This document shows, one piece after another, positions 10,901-20,012 of a DNA stretch of 64,000 nt (positions within the stretch are counted from its first letter, which is position 1; each line of letters begins with the position of its first letter). Made by a program: the position numbers and the translations under genes. The DNA comes from an uncultured cyanobacterium (lineage in GTDB: Bacteria > Cyanobacteriota > Cyanobacteriia > PCC-9006 > JAAUQQ01). The notes beneath the pieces are model-generated. The model did not search any database. It had not been told where the DNA came from and was given only the letters and a program-made list of their open reading frames with translations. The DNA is taken from contig OY970368.1 in NCBI GenBank assembly GCA_963718615.1, positions 2,368,001 through 2,432,000 on the forward strand. The letters run 5' to 3'.

Positions 10901-11369
10901 TCCTTTCACCCCAGTGGTGCAAATCTTAATTGACCCCCTCTGGGATGAACCGATAGGGTCTCAACCTTGGGTGCAGAATTTGCAGCGGTTTGGTTTAGAT
11001 TATGGCGTTCAAAAACTGCAAAACCGCATCCGCATCGTTCGAGAACAGGTCAACTATCGATCACGCCAACTGGCAGGACGTTGGCTCAACTCAGAGCGAG
11101 GGGCTCAGCTCCAAAAGGATTTGGACCTTTATGACCAGTTTCGGGCACTGTGCGATCGCCACCAACCCCAACCCTACGCAGGTCCGGTCACCGTCATCTC
11201 CTGCCAAGAACTCGCCTCTTGGGATACTCCCCGTTTGCGAGCGACGTTCCCCCAGGGGTTTAACTTGCGCATTGTGCCGGGGTACCACCACAATCTCTTT
11301 GTCGAGCCCCAGCTCCAGCAGTTGGTCAGGGAGATGCAGTTAGTCCTAGCCCCAGCCGCGAAAGTTTAG
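7908..11369 (+). CDS. Stand-alone NRPS-like enzyme: degenerate C fragment - A - PCP - thioesterase
   Basis: A-domain cores YRQLN, LKAGAAYLPLDP, YTSGSTGKPKG, NTYGPTE, YRTGDL, GRVDSQVKLRGFRIELG and NNKIDR; PCP motif FFQLGGNSL; TE fold (GSQPPLF, GPYWL, PGYHH). Confidence 0.95.
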   Translation: MSNHPPGHYNRSTTPRLQSQEPAIASASDRESSVHETFWSERLATLQPMVFPYETGCTDVPSFSPAPLATLSLPLSDAVQQFLQRPPHAETRMLAAYTAYLARLNRETVFDLGWLEAGQIYPFRVAFDLEQPFTVWWREVWIELQRLRTHQRVRSPFPQSNPFPLQIGWDFDSMASSPMASAAGLTLLMAEQSWTYRWTYPPQVFSPEAVERLRSDFLLFLDHLAIQPDRPLSQIPLLSEAQAQIILQDWNASPSPAGGDRCIQALFEEQVERTPEAIALVYEQVQISYRQLNARANQLAHHLLGLGVEPDQFVGLCVERSPELIIGLLGILKAGAAYLPLDPGYPAERLALMIEDAQPQVIVTQGAVQDRLPQGKAQLVNLADPDPLPQTSSDNPTAPVQPWHLAYIIYTSGSTGKPKGVMIEHRALVNFVQAAREQYGIGATDRVLQFASVSFDAAAEEIYPCLTVGGRLVLRSPHWMGSIPQFLQRCQDQKITVLDLPTAYWHLMVAELKADPGLCLPRSLRRVIIGGEAVDPERVVQWQDILRRTQVTADLVNTYGPTEATVVATASHLPAPRGQSSRNAASVESPGQGTPRMTIGRPLPGVRVYVLDDRQQPVPLGLAGELCIGGGAIARGYLNRPELTAQRFLPDPFLPAPFLQSATSGVDNTTARLYRTGDLVRYLPHGEIDFLGRVDSQVKLRGFRIELGGIEARLSQDERVQASIVILREDPPREPQLVAYVVPHPTRADAGEFSTQALRQRLQATLPDYMVPAAIVCLPALPLTPNNKIDRRALPAPSLADFQADEDEFIPPLGELEIQLAELWQSILGLPQVGATDHFFQLGGNSLLAIKLFVQIERRLGQSLQLSALLQAPTPRKLAQRLSQTAGAEASAPVKSEFTTVVPFHPKGSQPPLFFINSISYARRLSSQLGEEQPFYCLNLFGITDLLSSHLTELSLANIAQRFVQDIQRVNPTGPYWLCSYCGDTKLAIEIGHQLQANPFTPVVQILIDPLWDEPIGSQPWVQNLQRFGLDYGVQKLQNRIRIVREQVNYRSRQLAGRWLNSERGAQLQKDLDLYDQFRALCDRHQPQPYAGPVTVISCQELASWDTPRLRATFPQGFNLRIVPGYHHNLFVEPQLQQLVREMQLVLAPAAKV

Positions 11370-11581
11370 GATTCGACCTAGACTTAAGCCCAGGTTCCAA
11401 TACCGTTTCCTTAAGATTCCCCGGAATCAACCCAACAGCCGGAGAAAATAGAGGACAAAGGGGGCTCAATCCATGAACTTTCAGGGTTCCGAGCCCCCCT
11501 GCCAATCGTTTGCAAAGCCGATTGAGTAGTGTAGAGTAGCCTACGTTAAACTCTGGCCGCGTATTTATTATTACTTAGTCC

Positions 11582-12937
11582 ATGGGACGCATTTTCTTGT
11601 CAGCAGGTCACGGGGGCTTTGAGCAACCCGGCACCATTGATCCAGGGGCCATCGTGGCCGGAACCACCGAAGCGCAGGAAATGATTTTGCTGCGGGATTT
11701 GATTGTGCTGGAGTTGCGATCGCGCAATGCCGAAGTCCTCTCCGTTCCCGACGACCTTAGCGAAACCCAGACCCTGGGGTGGATTAACGCGCGAGCGCGG
11801 CCCGGAGATGTGGCCTTTGAAATCCATACCGGGGCCTTTAGCAATCCCAACGTGCGCGGAGCCACCTGTTTTCACATCACCAACAATGATGAACGGCAGC
11901 GTCATGCGGAGTTTATGCTTGCGGCGCTGCTGCGGCGGGTACCGCAACTGCCTAAGCTTGGAGCCAAGCCAGATACCGCAACCGGTTTAGGTCGATTGGC
12001 GTTTTGTCGGGATGTGATTCCAGCCTCTTTGCTGATGGAAGTGGCCTACCTGACCAATCCGGACGATCGCAGTTTGCTGCAAGGGCGGCGGCGAGACTTT
12101 GCGGTTGGCCTTGCGGAAGGCTTGGTGGCCTGGAGTCGGGCGGTAACCAGCGGTACGCCCCTAGAGCAGCCGGTGGAATATCCTTCAATCAATATTCGGC
12201 TCAATGGCCAGGTCTATGGCGAGCGGGGCATTTTGGTCAGCAACAATGCTTACATTCCCGTAGACCTGGTGGATAGCCTCAAAGCCAATATTGCCAGCAT
12301 TCCCCAGGCGCGCCGAATTAACTATCGCGGCATTGTTTATATCAAAGCGGTGGAACTGCGGGACTTCAACGTCTCCGTCGGCTGGGACAAGAATACTCGA
12401 ACGGTGATTCTCCAATCCATTTTAAGAATTTGCCAGGGCAGTCTGGACAAAATTATGGGTCACGGTAATACCTCTGAGGTCCAGCTCATGGTATTCCTCA
12501 AGAACCAGAATCCGGATGGTCTGACCCTTTTCCCCGACCTGCCCAGACTGTATCGCGAAGAGGGCATGGTAGAAGGCATCAACTATGACATTGCTTTTTG
12601 CCAAATGTGTCTGGAGACTAACTATCTGCGGTTCGGCGGTACGCTTAAAGCCACACAGAATAACTTTGGAGCCCTGGGCGATGTGGGTGGGGGAGCCGAA
12701 GGAGCCGTCTTTCCCAATGCTCGCATTGGCGTGCGGGCGCAGGTTCAACATCTCAAAGCCTATGCCAGCACAGAGCCTGTGGTCCAAGAGATTGTTGATC
12801 CCCGCTTCCGGTTCGTGACCCGAGGGATTGCGCCACTGCTCAGCCAGTTGGGCGGACGCTGGGAGGCAGATTTGCAGTATGGCGATCGCATCCTCGCGAT
12901 CGTTCGTCAGCTCTACGAGGCATCGGGTCTGCTGTAG
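11582..12937 (+). CDS. tftA: N-acetylmuramoyl-L-alanine amidase plus glucosaminidase-like domain (TftA-like)
   Basis: MGRIFLSAGHGG..TTEAQEMILLRDLI and FEIH (Amidase_3); C-terminal AFCQMCLETNYLRFGG, QNNFG and AQVQHLKAYAS, matching the Nostoc TftA architecture. Confidence 0.85.
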   Translation: MGRIFLSAGHGGFEQPGTIDPGAIVAGTTEAQEMILLRDLIVLELRSRNAEVLSVPDDLSETQTLGWINARARPGDVAFEIHTGAFSNPNVRGATCFHITNNDERQRHAEFMLAALLRRVPQLPKLGAKPDTATGLGRLAFCRDVIPASLLMEVAYLTNPDDRSLLQGRRRDFAVGLAEGLVAWSRAVTSGTPLEQPVEYPSINIRLNGQVYGERGILVSNNAYIPVDLVDSLKANIASIPQARRINYRGIVYIKAVELRDFNVSVGWDKNTRTVILQSILRICQGSLDKIMGHGNTSEVQLMVFLKNQNPDGLTLFPDLPRLYREEGMVEGINYDIAFCQMCLETNYLRFGGTLKATQNNFGALGDVGGGAEGAVFPNARIGVRAQVQHLKAYASTEPVVQEIVDPRFRFVTRGIAPLLSQLGGRWEADLQYGDRILAIVRQLYEASGLL

Positions 12938-12960
12938 CTGGGATTGCTGTAGCGGTTAGC

Positions 12961-12990
12961 AAGGGACAGGTGATGACCTGTCCCTTTATT
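12961..12990. terminator. Hairpin between convergent genes, likely terminator
   Basis: AAGGGACAGGT-gatg-ACCTGTCCCTT followed by tatt. Confidence 0.65.
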
Positions 12991-13045
12991 ATTGCAACAT
13001 TCTTTTTGCGACCCACACCCTGCAACCAACCTGAAGCCAATAGAC

Positions 13046-13585
13046 TTAAGCCAACAAAACTTGGCGCAGATGACGCATATTCATCGGCAAATCTAGCTTC
13101 ATGGCTTGCTCAATAAAGAACGAGGGCGCTGGGATTTTGGAGGTGGCTTGAACGCTATAGCGCAACTGGGTGCCCTCATGGAAATCCTGTAGCTGAATTT
13201 CCGCTGAAAAATCATGGAAGCTACCGCTATGACCCACCATCTCAAAAATTGCAGTTCGTCCCGGCAATTCCTTGACGGAAAGCTGAATCTCAACCTCGAT
13301 GCTGAGCATCAGAAAAGTCTTCCGGGCGGCCTGAAAAAGCTGTTTATGGTTGGGAGAAAATTCAGCAGTGACTTCGCTCTGGACAATGTCTGGGAAAAAC
13401 TGAGTCCAATTGGGGTAATGGGTTAGGGCTTGCCAGAGTCGCGATCGCTCCATCGGCACATACATGGTTGCCGCTACAGAACCGCCGTGGGGGCGATAGG
13501 AATAGGTCTTCGTTAAAATTTCCCCTTGGATTAATGCTGCTTGTTCAGGGGAATCGACACAAGTTTTGAGCGGGGTTGCAACCAT
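13046..13585 (-). CDS. SRPBCC/polyketide cyclase family protein
   Basis: GGSVAATMYVP, LWQALTHYPNWTQFFPDI and SFHDFSAE; ATG at 13585 chosen as start. Confidence 0.85.
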   Translation of the reverse strand: MVATPLKTCVDSPEQAALIQGEILTKTYSYRPHGGSVAATMYVPMERSRLWQALTHYPNWTQFFPDIVQSEVTAEFSPNHKQLFQAARKTFLMLSIEVEIQLSVKELPGRTAIFEMVGHSGSFHDFSAEIQLQDFHEGTQLRYSVQATSKIPAPSFFIEQAMKLDLPMNMRHLRQVLLA

Positions 13586-13876
13586 GGATATCCTCGTAAG
13601 CCACAAAGTAAGCCACTAAGGCGAGAACTGCCTACACACCCATACTTCCTCTGCTGAAGTAAGACAGAATCCGTATAGATTCAAGAAGACTTTATCGGTC
13701 GTTGATAAAGGGACGTAATTTTCTGAAGTTCGGCACCGTTGTAGCAAAAAAATTTGCAAAAGATCAACGGTAATTTCTATGAGTAGGGGATAGTTTATAA
13801 CTCAATTATGGTGGGAACTGTCGTGGGAATTGTTGTGAGAGTCAGTAAGAGTCGGTGTGAGATCTTCTAGCGCACC

Positions 13877-15547
13877 CTAATGAAGACTACATCTTGCTTG
13901 ATTGCTAATCCAGTCGACAACAAAAGTTAGGAGCAAGAATGTGCCTAATGTTACGCCTAAACCGGCTGTATCAAAACTACTAACCTGTTCCATCATCAAA
14001 TAGCCTAATCCTCCGGCTCCAACCAAACCCACAATGACGGTTTCTCGCATACAAACTTCCCAACGATAAAGATCGTAGGCCAGAAAACGCGGTAGGGTCA
14101 TTGGCAAAATACCATAGAAGAAAATCAAAATCGTTGGGATTCCCTGGTTTTGTAGACTTTTGAGCGGGGCGGTTTCCAGATTTTCAATCACTTCTGCTTG
14201 GAGTCGGCCCAAAATGCCGAGATTGTGAAGTCCAAGGGCGATCGCCCCCGGCAAAATCCCCGGAAACCAAACATAGAGCAACACTAAGGCCCAAACGGGA
14301 GCTGGAATGGCACGGGTAAGGAGCAAAAGCCCTCGACTGACCATCTGAATCACCCAGGACCGAACCAGCGAGCGGGCCGCCAAAAAGGCCAGGACAGTTC
14401 CGCCTGAAGCGGCGAGGGCGATCGCCAACACGGACATGGCTACAGTCTGGGCGGCTAGCAACGGCAGTTGCCCCAAAAAAGAGAGGTCCGGGGGAAACGC
14501 ATCCGCTAGGAGAAGCTGGAGACGCTGGTGGGATTGGGGATCAGTCAGCTTGGTGAGGTTGGGCTGGAGAGCGTGAAAGCAAAGGGCAAACGCAAACAAA
14601 ACCCCCACCCCCAAAACCATCGGCGTAGGGACGAATGGCTGTTTGTCCGTTGCCTGGGGCCGCTGTTCGTCGGTTCCCTGAGCCATTGTTCGGCCCATAG
14701 TGGTTTTAGAACCCTGGTTCAGGTCCAAGCGGCTGGTGCAGCCAAGCTGATGGCGCAGGGAGGCGGAGAACCCATCCACGAGACCATTGAGTGCCACCAG
14801 AGCATAAAAAAACGTCCACAGCTGTTCGTAGCGCAGGGACTGAAGGCTGACCTGGATTTCCGTGCCCAGGCCACCCACGCCAATCATGCCCAGGACAGCA
14901 GCGGAGCGCAGGGAGCATTCAAACCGATAAAGGGCGTAGGAGACCAAATTCAAAAACGCCTGGGGCAGGAGGCTGTAGAAAAATGCGCTGAGGGGGGGAG
15001 CGCCGCTGCTCAGGAGTGCCTGCCAAATGTCGCGGGGGGTGTCGTCGAGAATTTCGGAAAAAATTTTTGCGGTGACGGCTCCGAAGGGGAGGGCGATCGC
15101 CACAATTCCCGTCAACGGATCCGTGCCCCACACATTGATCAAAATCAGCCCCCAAATCAGCTCATGAATCGCACGGGGAACCGCCAGCAGCGCTCGTAGG
15201 CTAAACCAAAACCCTAGCCAGCTCGGTTGTTGCTGAATCGTCCGGGGCAACACCGCCTGCCACCACACCTGGGAACAGAGCAATCCGCCCATCGCCCCCA
15301 GGATCACGCTCAGAACGCTGCCACAAAGGGCATAGGCCAGGGTCGTAAGGGTCGCCGTTGCCGTGGTTTGGAGCAGTGTCAGGCTCAGGTCGGGATGAAC
15401 GCTGGCCTGGAGAAACCGCCACAACTGGGGCCAGCCACCGGGGTTGAGCAGCTCGGTCCGAAATAGACCGGTGGGGATCAAGGCGAGGGCGATCGCCCCC
15501 AGGGCTAGCAGTGCCCAATTCAGCACCGGGGAGCGGGCGATCGGCAT
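13877..15547 (-). CDS. phnE: PhnE/PtxC family phosphonate ABC permease (two fused permease domains)
   Basis: Duplicated motifs RAIHELIWG..YRFECSLRSAAVLGMIGVGGLG and RAIPAPVWA..YRWEVCMRETVIVGLVGAGGLG. Confidence 0.88.
   Translation of the reverse strand: MPIARSPVLNWALLALGAIALALIPTGLFRTELLNPGGWPQLWRFLQASVHPDLSLTLLQTTATATLTTLAYALCGSVLSVILGAMGGLLCSQVWWQAVLPRTIQQQPSWLGFWFSLRALLAVPRAIHELIWGLILINVWGTDPLTGIVAIALPFGAVTAKIFSEILDDTPRDIWQALLSSGAPPLSAFFYSLLPQAFLNLVSYALYRFECSLRSAAVLGMIGVGGLGTEIQVSLQSLRYEQLWTFFYALVALNGLVDGFSASLRHQLGCTSRLDLNQGSKTTMGRTMAQGTDEQRPQATDKQPFVPTPMVLGVGVLFAFALCFHALQPNLTKLTDPQSHQRLQLLLADAFPPDLSFLGQLPLLAAQTVAMSVLAIALAASGGTVLAFLAARSLVRSWVIQMVSRGLLLLTRAIPAPVWALVLLYVWFPGILPGAIALGLHNLGILGRLQAEVIENLETAPLKSLQNQGIPTILIFFYGILPMTLPRFLAYDLYRWEVCMRETVIVGLVGAGGLGYLMMEQVSSFDTAGLGVTLGTFLLLTFVVDWISNQARCSLH
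14625..14648 (+). repeat. Degenerate GTAG-type REP palindrome inside the phnE linker
   Basis: GTAGGGACGAAtggctGTTTGTCC, similar to the copies at 16912 and 40711. Confidence 0.6.
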
Positions 15548-15628
15548 GGCAGACTCGAAAACTTCAGCAAACCGATGGTAGCAGCGTAAAGTTTTTGAGC
15601 AGAACATTGTGCAGAGGACGGAGAACCC

Positions 15629-17461
15629 ATGGGGCGATCGCGCTGGAGTCAATCCTGGAGTCAGTCAGGAACCGGGTTGCTGTTGTGGATGGGGGTAGGC
15701 ACGCTATTGCGATTTGTGTTTTTGGGATCGCTGCCTCCCTGGACCGATGAATGCGCCACAGTGGTGTTTGGGTTGGGCAACAGTTTTTCGACGGTGCCGC
15801 TCGACCAACTGATTTCCAGTGATGCGCTGTTGGAACCGTTACGGCTGGATCCGACCCGGCATTTTGGCGATGTCATGGGACAGCTTCGGGCTGAAAGCAC
15901 CCATCCGCCGCTCTATTTCGGGCTGGCTCAGCTGTGGATGCAGACCTTTGGCCAATCCGGTGAACTGGTGTCGATGACGGTGGCGCGATCGCTCCCGGCA
16001 GTTCTCGGTATGTTGTCGATTCCGGTGGGGTTTGGGTTGAGTGCGATCGCCTTTCGCTCTCCCCTAGCGGCCCAATGGACCGCAGCCTTGCTGGCGGTTT
16101 CACCGCTCAATGTCTTCCTGGCCCGAGAAGCTCGGCACTATACCCTAGCGGTTCTGCTGATTACGGTTTCGCTCATCTGTTTTATTCGAGCCATCCAGCA
16201 CCTCCAGCAGCAGGAAAAAATTTCCCTGGGTTTAGCCCTGGGCTGGATCATTACCAATGGCCTAGGGATCGCCACTCACTTCTTTTTTGGCCTGAGTTTA
16301 ATGGCCCAGGCGATCGTCTTCGGGGTCTTGGCGCTACACCAGGGACAGAAAGATCTCCGCCGACTGTGGGCTCCAAGCTGGCGACGATTATACGGCGTCG
16401 CCCTCGCCACCGCTGCCACGGCCCTCGTCTGGCTCCCCCTCATCCAAGAGATGCAGGGTCATCCTGCCACCGCCTGGATCTACGAACTTGACCTAGGGCG
16501 ACGCTGGATTTTGCCGCCGGTTCAGCTTTTGCTCTGGCTCTTGAGTTTGCTGATCCAACTGCCCTCTGCTACTACCATTGGGCTACCGCTGTGGGGTTTG
16601 ATCGGGTCCGCTCTAGGATTGTTGGGGTTTCTGGGATGGTTGATCGCAACGCTGCGGCGGCCTCTGAGAAACTTGGTGCGGGGGCGATCGCCCGAAAAAA
16701 TTCCCACCCCACAAATCTCCGCCCAGGTCCTCGGCGGCTACGTCCTTGGCTGCCTCGGTCTCTTCTGGCTCCTGACCTCCGGCTTTGGCATGGACATGGC
16801 CCGTGCACCTCGATTTGGCTTTATTTATTTGGTGGGGGCGATCGCCTTTCTGGCCGCGCTCTTGACGGGTGATGCTACTGGCAGGCCGCAGGATGGAATT
16901 GGCACAGGGCAGGACGAACGGCGGTTCGTCCCTACGAGGGGTTGGGCTCGACTCCGCAATCTTCTCGTTCCTCCCTTTTCCCTCTTCATTCTATTGATCG
17001 CAGGGCTCTTGGGCTCCGTCACGGTTATCACCAATACGGGCTATTTGCAACATCACCGTGCGGATTTGATCACGCCGTTGATCATCGAAGCCCAGCAAGT
17101 CGAAGCCCAGGAACCGGGGCGATCGCCCCATGCCGTGATGATTGCCAGCACCCACCAACACCATGGCCACACCGGTCGCCTCATGGGCATTGCCTGGGAA
17201 ATGCGGCGCTTGGGGCAGCCGGATCCGCAGTTTTTCTTGGCCCATCGAGACGTGCCTGAGGAAGAGAACTATGGACGGGCGATCGCCCAATTCACCCAAC
17301 AGCTTCGCCAACAGCCTCGCCCCTTTGATCTCTGGCTGCTCAATTTCCATGCCTCCCTCGATACCGAGTCCCTAGGCTGCCAGCGCGATGAGCGTTACCG
17401 AGGCTACATCGGTGAATATCGCTACAAACGGTACCGTTGCGACCCAGGGGATCAGCCTTAG
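15629..17461 (+). CDS. GT-C fold membrane glycosyltransferase (GT39/ArnT-like)
   Basis: PWTDE, ESTHPPLYF, LLAVSP..LAREARHY and multiple TM segments. Confidence 0.88.
   Translation: MGRSRWSQSWSQSGTGLLLWMGVGTLLRFVFLGSLPPWTDECATVVFGLGNSFSTVPLDQLISSDALLEPLRLDPTRHFGDVMGQLRAESTHPPLYFGLAQLWMQTFGQSGELVSMTVARSLPAVLGMLSIPVGFGLSAIAFRSPLAAQWTAALLAVSPLNVFLAREARHYTLAVLLITVSLICFIRAIQHLQQQEKISLGLALGWIITNGLGIATHFFFGLSLMAQAIVFGVLALHQGQKDLRRLWAPSWRRLYGVALATAATALVWLPLIQEMQGHPATAWIYELDLGRRWILPPVQLLLWLLSLLIQLPSATTIGLPLWGLIGSALGLLGFLGWLIATLRRPLRNLVRGRSPEKIPTPQISAQVLGGYVLGCLGLFWLLTSGFGMDMARAPRFGFIYLVGAIAFLAALLTGDATGRPQDGIGTGQDERRFVPTRGWARLRNLLVPPFSLFILLIAGLLGSVTVITNTGYLQHHRADLITPLIIEAQQVEAQEPGRSPHAVMIASTHQHHGHTGRLMGIAWEMRRLGQPDPQFFLAHRDVPEEENYGRAIAQFTQQLRQQPRPFDLWLLNFHASLDTESLGCQRDERYRGYIGEYRYKRYRCDPGDQP
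16912..16935 (-). repeat. GTAG-type REP palindrome inside the glycosyltransferase CDS
   Basis: Reverse complement GTAGGGACGAACCGCCGTTCGTCC is 23/24 identical to 40711-40734. Confidence 0.75.
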
Positions 17462-17535
17462 TCTTGCGTTTACCTTTTGGTTGGAGAATAGATGGCGATG
17501 AGTCATGGACATCGCCTTGCGCGGTCTAAATTCCT

Positions 17536-19110
17536 GTGAATCAACCTCCATCGGTCGTCTCCCAGTCCGCTACCGCCTCGTCCGCTATCGACCCCTCTGT
17601 TCTTTCCCCATCTGTTCTTTCCCCATCCGTGCTCCCCCAGACCGTTGCCGCTGCTGCTAACAAGCCTGAGTCGGCCCGCAACGTTCTCCAGATTTTGCCC
17701 GACAGCTTCGAGATCCCCGAGCATTTCTATCCCCGCGTGCTCAATGCCCAAATTCACCCCATGGTGCAGCATTTTCTAAGCCTGGGGAATGAACGGATTG
17801 CCGAGCGCTATATTCATCTGCACCCGGAGGTGCAGCCCGAGGCGGTCCACCAAGCCTTGGCCCATAGGACCGAACATTTTCTCTGGGGAGGGGCCGACCT
17901 TTTTCCCGCCACGACCGATCAAGGGGTGCGCCGCATCATTGTGATTGAGACCAACTCCTGTCCTTCGGGGCAAAAATCCATGCCCTTTGGCAGCGATGCT
18001 CCGGAGAAAAATGGCTACCGAACGCTGCTTCAAAATACATTTTTACCGCTGATTAAGCGTCGCCGTTTGCCCGCTGGAGACTTGGCTGTTCTCTACGACA
18101 AAAACGAAATGGAAACCTCAGGCTATGCGGCCATGCTGGCGGAGGTCACAGGGGAGCCGGTGTGGTGGGTACCCTGCTTTCAAAATGACTCGGATTTACC
18201 CATCCGCTTTACGGAGGATCGGGTTTTAGAAATTCGGACGCCCGACGGCGACTGGCGACCGATTCGCGCTGCCCTGCGTTATGTGACGCAACGTCCCTGG
18301 AGCCGGATTCCGCCCTTGACGCGCACGGCCATTCTTAATCCAGTTCTAGCCTGCCTAACCGGTGGGCGCAATAAGCTGATGGCGGCCAAGGCGTACGATT
18401 TTTATAATGCTGAAATTCAGTCCACGGGCTTGACCATTCGGACACCGGAGACCATCTGGGATGTCTCGAAAAATGAAGTCCCGTTGTGGGTACATCGCAT
18501 GGGTGGAATTGCCGTGGTCAAAGACCCCTACAGCAATGCAGGGCAGGGCGTTTATACGATTACAAATGAGCAGGAACTGGCGGATTTCATGGCCTTGGAG
18601 TTTCGGTTCGATCGCTTTATCGTCCAAAGTTTGGTGGGCAACTCAGGCTGGAGCTCCCAAACCACTCAGGGAAGATTTTACCATTTGGGCACGCTGCCCA
18701 ACCGCCGCAATGCGATCTATATTGCCGATTTGCGCATGATGGTGGGGGTGGGTGACGCTGGATTTTATCCTGTGGCGATCTATGCCCGTCGTGCCCGTAA
18801 ACCGCTCCAGGCCCACCTCGATGGCACGGTGCCCTCCTGGGATATGCTCGGAACCAATTTGTCGGTTCGCAAGGATAATGGATCGTGGGATAGTGAATCG
18901 GAGCGGTTATTGTTGATGGATAGTCGTGATTTCAATCAGTTGGGCATTGGTTTAGATGACTTAATTGAAGGCTATTTACAAACTGTTTTAGCGGTTACAG
19001 CAATTGATAAGATGGCTCAACAACTGGTTACTCAAAAGGGTAGTTTTCGGCGACGATTGTTTCGATCGCTCAATCCCGATCCAGCATTGGTAGATGATAT
19101 TTATAGCTAG
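17536..19110 (+). CDS. Uncharacterised ATP-grasp-like (probably circularly permuted) ligase
   Basis: IVIETNSCPSG near the N-terminus; VVKDPYSNAGQGV, FIVQSL and ADLRMMV resemble ATP-grasp motifs. N-terminal PSVLS x3 repeat. Confidence 0.6.
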   Translation: MNQPPSVVSQSATASSAIDPSVLSPSVLSPSVLPQTVAAAANKPESARNVLQILPDSFEIPEHFYPRVLNAQIHPMVQHFLSLGNERIAERYIHLHPEVQPEAVHQALAHRTEHFLWGGADLFPATTDQGVRRIIVIETNSCPSGQKSMPFGSDAPEKNGYRTLLQNTFLPLIKRRRLPAGDLAVLYDKNEMETSGYAAMLAEVTGEPVWWVPCFQNDSDLPIRFTEDRVLEIRTPDGDWRPIRAALRYVTQRPWSRIPPLTRTAILNPVLACLTGGRNKLMAAKAYDFYNAEIQSTGLTIRTPETIWDVSKNEVPLWVHRMGGIAVVKDPYSNAGQGVYTITNEQELADFMALEFRFDRFIVQSLVGNSGWSSQTTQGRFYHLGTLPNRRNAIYIADLRMMVGVGDAGFYPVAIYARRARKPLQAHLDGTVPSWDMLGTNLSVRKDNGSWDSESERLLLMDSRDFNQLGIGLDDLIEGYLQTVLAVTAIDKMAQQLVTQKGSFRRRLFRSLNPDPALVDDIYS

Positions 19111-19119
19111 CTAGACTTC

Positions 19120-19171
19120 CATGGGATGGCGGCATGGGATGGCGGCTTGGGATGACGGCTTGGGATGGCGG
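19120..19171. repeat. 13-bp tandem repeat x4 between convergent stop codons
   Basis: c[a/t]tgggatg[g/a]cgg repeated four times. Confidence 0.9.
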
Positions 19172-19822
19172 CTATCTTGTCCAAGCTCGAATGGCTTGGG
19201 GAACCGGCAAGCCAGCCTGTAGCCGCTCATCGGGAATTGGGTCATTTGCCATGCAGTGCAACGGCAAAACTCCCGCCCAAATCGGTAACGCATAATCGGC
19301 TTCATCATCAATGGGGGGGCCAGTACGAACCTTGGCTGAGGCTTCATGGAGCGGTAAGGCTAATACCAGAGTGCCTGTGATTTCTGCTTTAGTCACGGGG
19401 CGCAGATCATCCCAGCGATCGCCCACCACCTGATTGGTAAAGGCTCGCAGGGCTACTTCTTTCTGCTCAAATTCCGTCACTAATTCCGCCTGCCCAAAAA
19501 TCACCACCGAGCGATAGTTCATGGAATGGTGAAACGCGGAACGGGCCAATACCAAACCATCGAGCAAGGTTACGGTGACACAAACTTCAAGGCCCTGCTG
19601 GAGAGATTTGAGCATACGGCTAGCGGGAGAGCCGTGGAGATAGAGGCGATCGCCCACCCGCCCAAAGGCCGTTGGAATGACAAAGGGTTGACCCTCTATG
19701 GCAAACCCAATATGACAGATTAAGGCTTCATCTAAAATGCTGTAAATCAGGTCGCGATCGTAATGACCTCGTTGGGGCAATCGTTTAATTTTTGTCCGTG
19801 AAGTCGGTTCTAGAGAATCCAT
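19172..19822 (-). CDS. Pyridoxamine 5'-phosphate oxidase-like (NimA-type) flavin-binding protein
   Basis: ILDEALICHIGF, LYLHGSPASRM, LARSAFHHSMNYRSVV and SAKVRTGPP. Confidence 0.92.
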   Translation of the reverse strand: MDSLEPTSRTKIKRLPQRGHYDRDLIYSILDEALICHIGFAIEGQPFVIPTAFGRVGDRLYLHGSPASRMLKSLQQGLEVCVTVTLLDGLVLARSAFHHSMNYRSVVIFGQAELVTEFEQKEVALRAFTNQVVGDRWDDLRPVTKAEITGTLVLALPLHEASAKVRTGPPIDDEADYALPIWAGVLPLHCMANDPIPDERLQAGLPVPQAIRAWTR

Positions 19823-19960
19823 CAATCACCTCATTTTAAAACACAGGATCAGGTCGGTACATTGCACCGCAATGTCTCGTCTCGTCAAAGGTCCACCGTC
19901 ATGGCATTGCTGGGTTGAAGTCCTAGGGTTTCATAGAGCAATAGAGATACGGTAGGCTGA

Positions 19961-20011
19961 AAATTGGCTGATCACAAGAGCCAATGTTTGATTTTTAGAC
20001 CAGGCCAATTT
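19961..20011. promoter_or_regulatory. Putative MocR/PdxR-type operator
   Basis: Perfect inverted repeat ATTGGCT-N9-AGCCAAT (19963-19985) plus a third GGCCAAT half-site near 20003, between the flavin gene and a MocR remnant. Confidence 0.55.
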
Positions 20012-20012
20012 T

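Noticed and set aside
11459-11499. AGGGGGCTC...GAGCCCCCT inverted repeat upstream of tftA as an ncRNA
   Set aside because: Only a 9-bp stem with a long loop and no other support.
7908-19110. NRPS plus ATP-grasp as a mycosporine (mys) cluster
   Set aside because: There is no DDG synthase or O-methyltransferase, the A-domain code is not Ser/Gly-like, and unrelated genes separate the two.
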